Made by a program: the position numbers and the translations under genes
Notes under the pieces: model-generated
Databases searched by the model: none
Told to the model about the DNA's origin: nothing
What the model saw: the letters and a program-made list of their open reading frames with translations, nothing else
In this document: positions 62,822-64,000 of the stretch, piece by piece
How the letters are laid out: each line of letters starts with the position of its first letter
How positions within the stretch are numbered: the stretch's first letter is position 1
Assembly: GCF_009914755.1 (NCBI RefSeq)
Contig: NC_060930.1
Source: the human T2T-CHM13v2.0 reference genome, Homo sapiens
Strand: one strand, 5' to 3'
Length of the DNA: 64,000 nt

Positions 62822-64000
62822 GGAAGATGGTGGATTGGTGGAATTGTTAGCATGCGTCTCCCACTTGGAAAGACAAAATAGTGTATAGAGATTCATGCTG
62901 TGAACATTTTACCAAGGAGCAACACAAACTTAACAGGAAAACTGAAAGAAACCACAGGCCCTTTGAAATAAGCGGCAGGCTGCAGCCTACACCATGAGGC
63001 AGGTAGAAAACTGCCAGTCCCCAGAGTGTGCTAGTCCCCAGAGGGATAAACTGCCTCCAGGACTCACACTCCTACTGGCGGACCTGGCAATACAGGCCAC
63101 AGGAGTAGGCCTGAACCCTACCCAGTAATGGAACTGACTTAGAGAGCGGTGGGAAATACAAAAGTAGAAACGGCGAGAAGAGCCTCACATGCATGCCCAA
63201 TCTCCAACCCGTATGAACCGAAGCCATTCTTGATCCTACCTCACTGGGAACCTCACAGAAGTCGGCCAGCTAACTCATGTGGTGGCTGCAGGTTGAGAGA
63301 AGCTCCCATCTGAAATTCGTAATATAATCTTTGAGTGGGTATGAACTCCCTTGGCCAGAACCAGGGGTGTGAGTGGGAAGTGTGCTGCAGCCACAATGCA
63401 GGAGCTGGGTGCCCTGGCCTCATAGGCGGAGTGGGAGGGGCGTGGCCTGAAAGCTATGGTTGCTATCTCCACTGGGAAAGCTTATGGCCTGTGGCAGTTT
63501 TGAGTCCTGCCCACAGACTGCCTGGAACTTAGCTAGCTGCTGCTAGTGGAACCCTGCGGATGTGAGGCCTGCCTTGCCAAGTGTGTGGGAGCTGAGTGTG
63601 GCTTACCTCTACCTGCTATTCCCCACTACCGATGTAAACTTCTGTGCAACAGAGACAGCTGTGCTACTTCCTGGAACATAACCCCAGAGGCCAGAGAGCT
63701 GGCCACAGACCTCCACTGGGGTTTCTGCTTGTCTTACACATGCAGAGCTAGAGCATGGACTTGCCTGACCCAGCACCTACCTGGCTTTACCCCTCTATCT
63801 GCTTTTGCAGCTCAACACAAAGGACAGAAATTGTGGGAGCTCTATGGGGTAGCCCATTGCCTGAAACTGACCAAAGTACCTCTCCTGGGTAACATAAGGC
63901 AAGCACAAATCCCACCACTACCACCTCAGCTGGTGTTCTCTTGCAAGCATCACCTCCTGTTTGGAGGCCAACTGACACAATCCATTGCAGCATCTCCGGG
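62822..64000 (+). mobile_element. Second L1 5' UTR (L1PB-like), nested into ORF2 of the preceding L1 and running off the window
   Basis: ORF2 sequence stops at aaggaaacaatcaacaaagt and switches to ggaagatggtggattgg..ctcccacttggaaagacaaaatagtgt, followed by a GC-richer UTR. Confidence 0.8.

Overview
Primate (very probably human) nuclear genomic DNA. It is AT-rich and roughly half interspersed repeats: about 12 Alus, L1 of several ages (including a decayed near-full-length L1PB/L1MA-type element with a second L1 5' end nested into it), L2, MIR, MaLR/ERV solo LTRs and DNA-transposon fossils. No intact protein-coding gene, RNA gene, CpG island or CRISPR array is supported; most ORFs in the track are repeat-derived or chance. 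Two things are not explained by repeat annotation. (1) The non-repeat DNA carries a series of exon-shaped segments, nearly all on the minus strand, with good splice sites and mostly open, protein-like frames with scattered stops. These may be remnants of a decayed multi-exon gene that I cannot name. (2) There are several templated-insertion and fold-back scars readable directly in the sequence (1061-1438, 9598-9638, 26703-26957, 50347-50379, 55290-55336, 60951-61050), three of them with the likely donor within about 1.2 kb. Repeat subfamily names come from remembered consensus sequences and boundaries are approximate.
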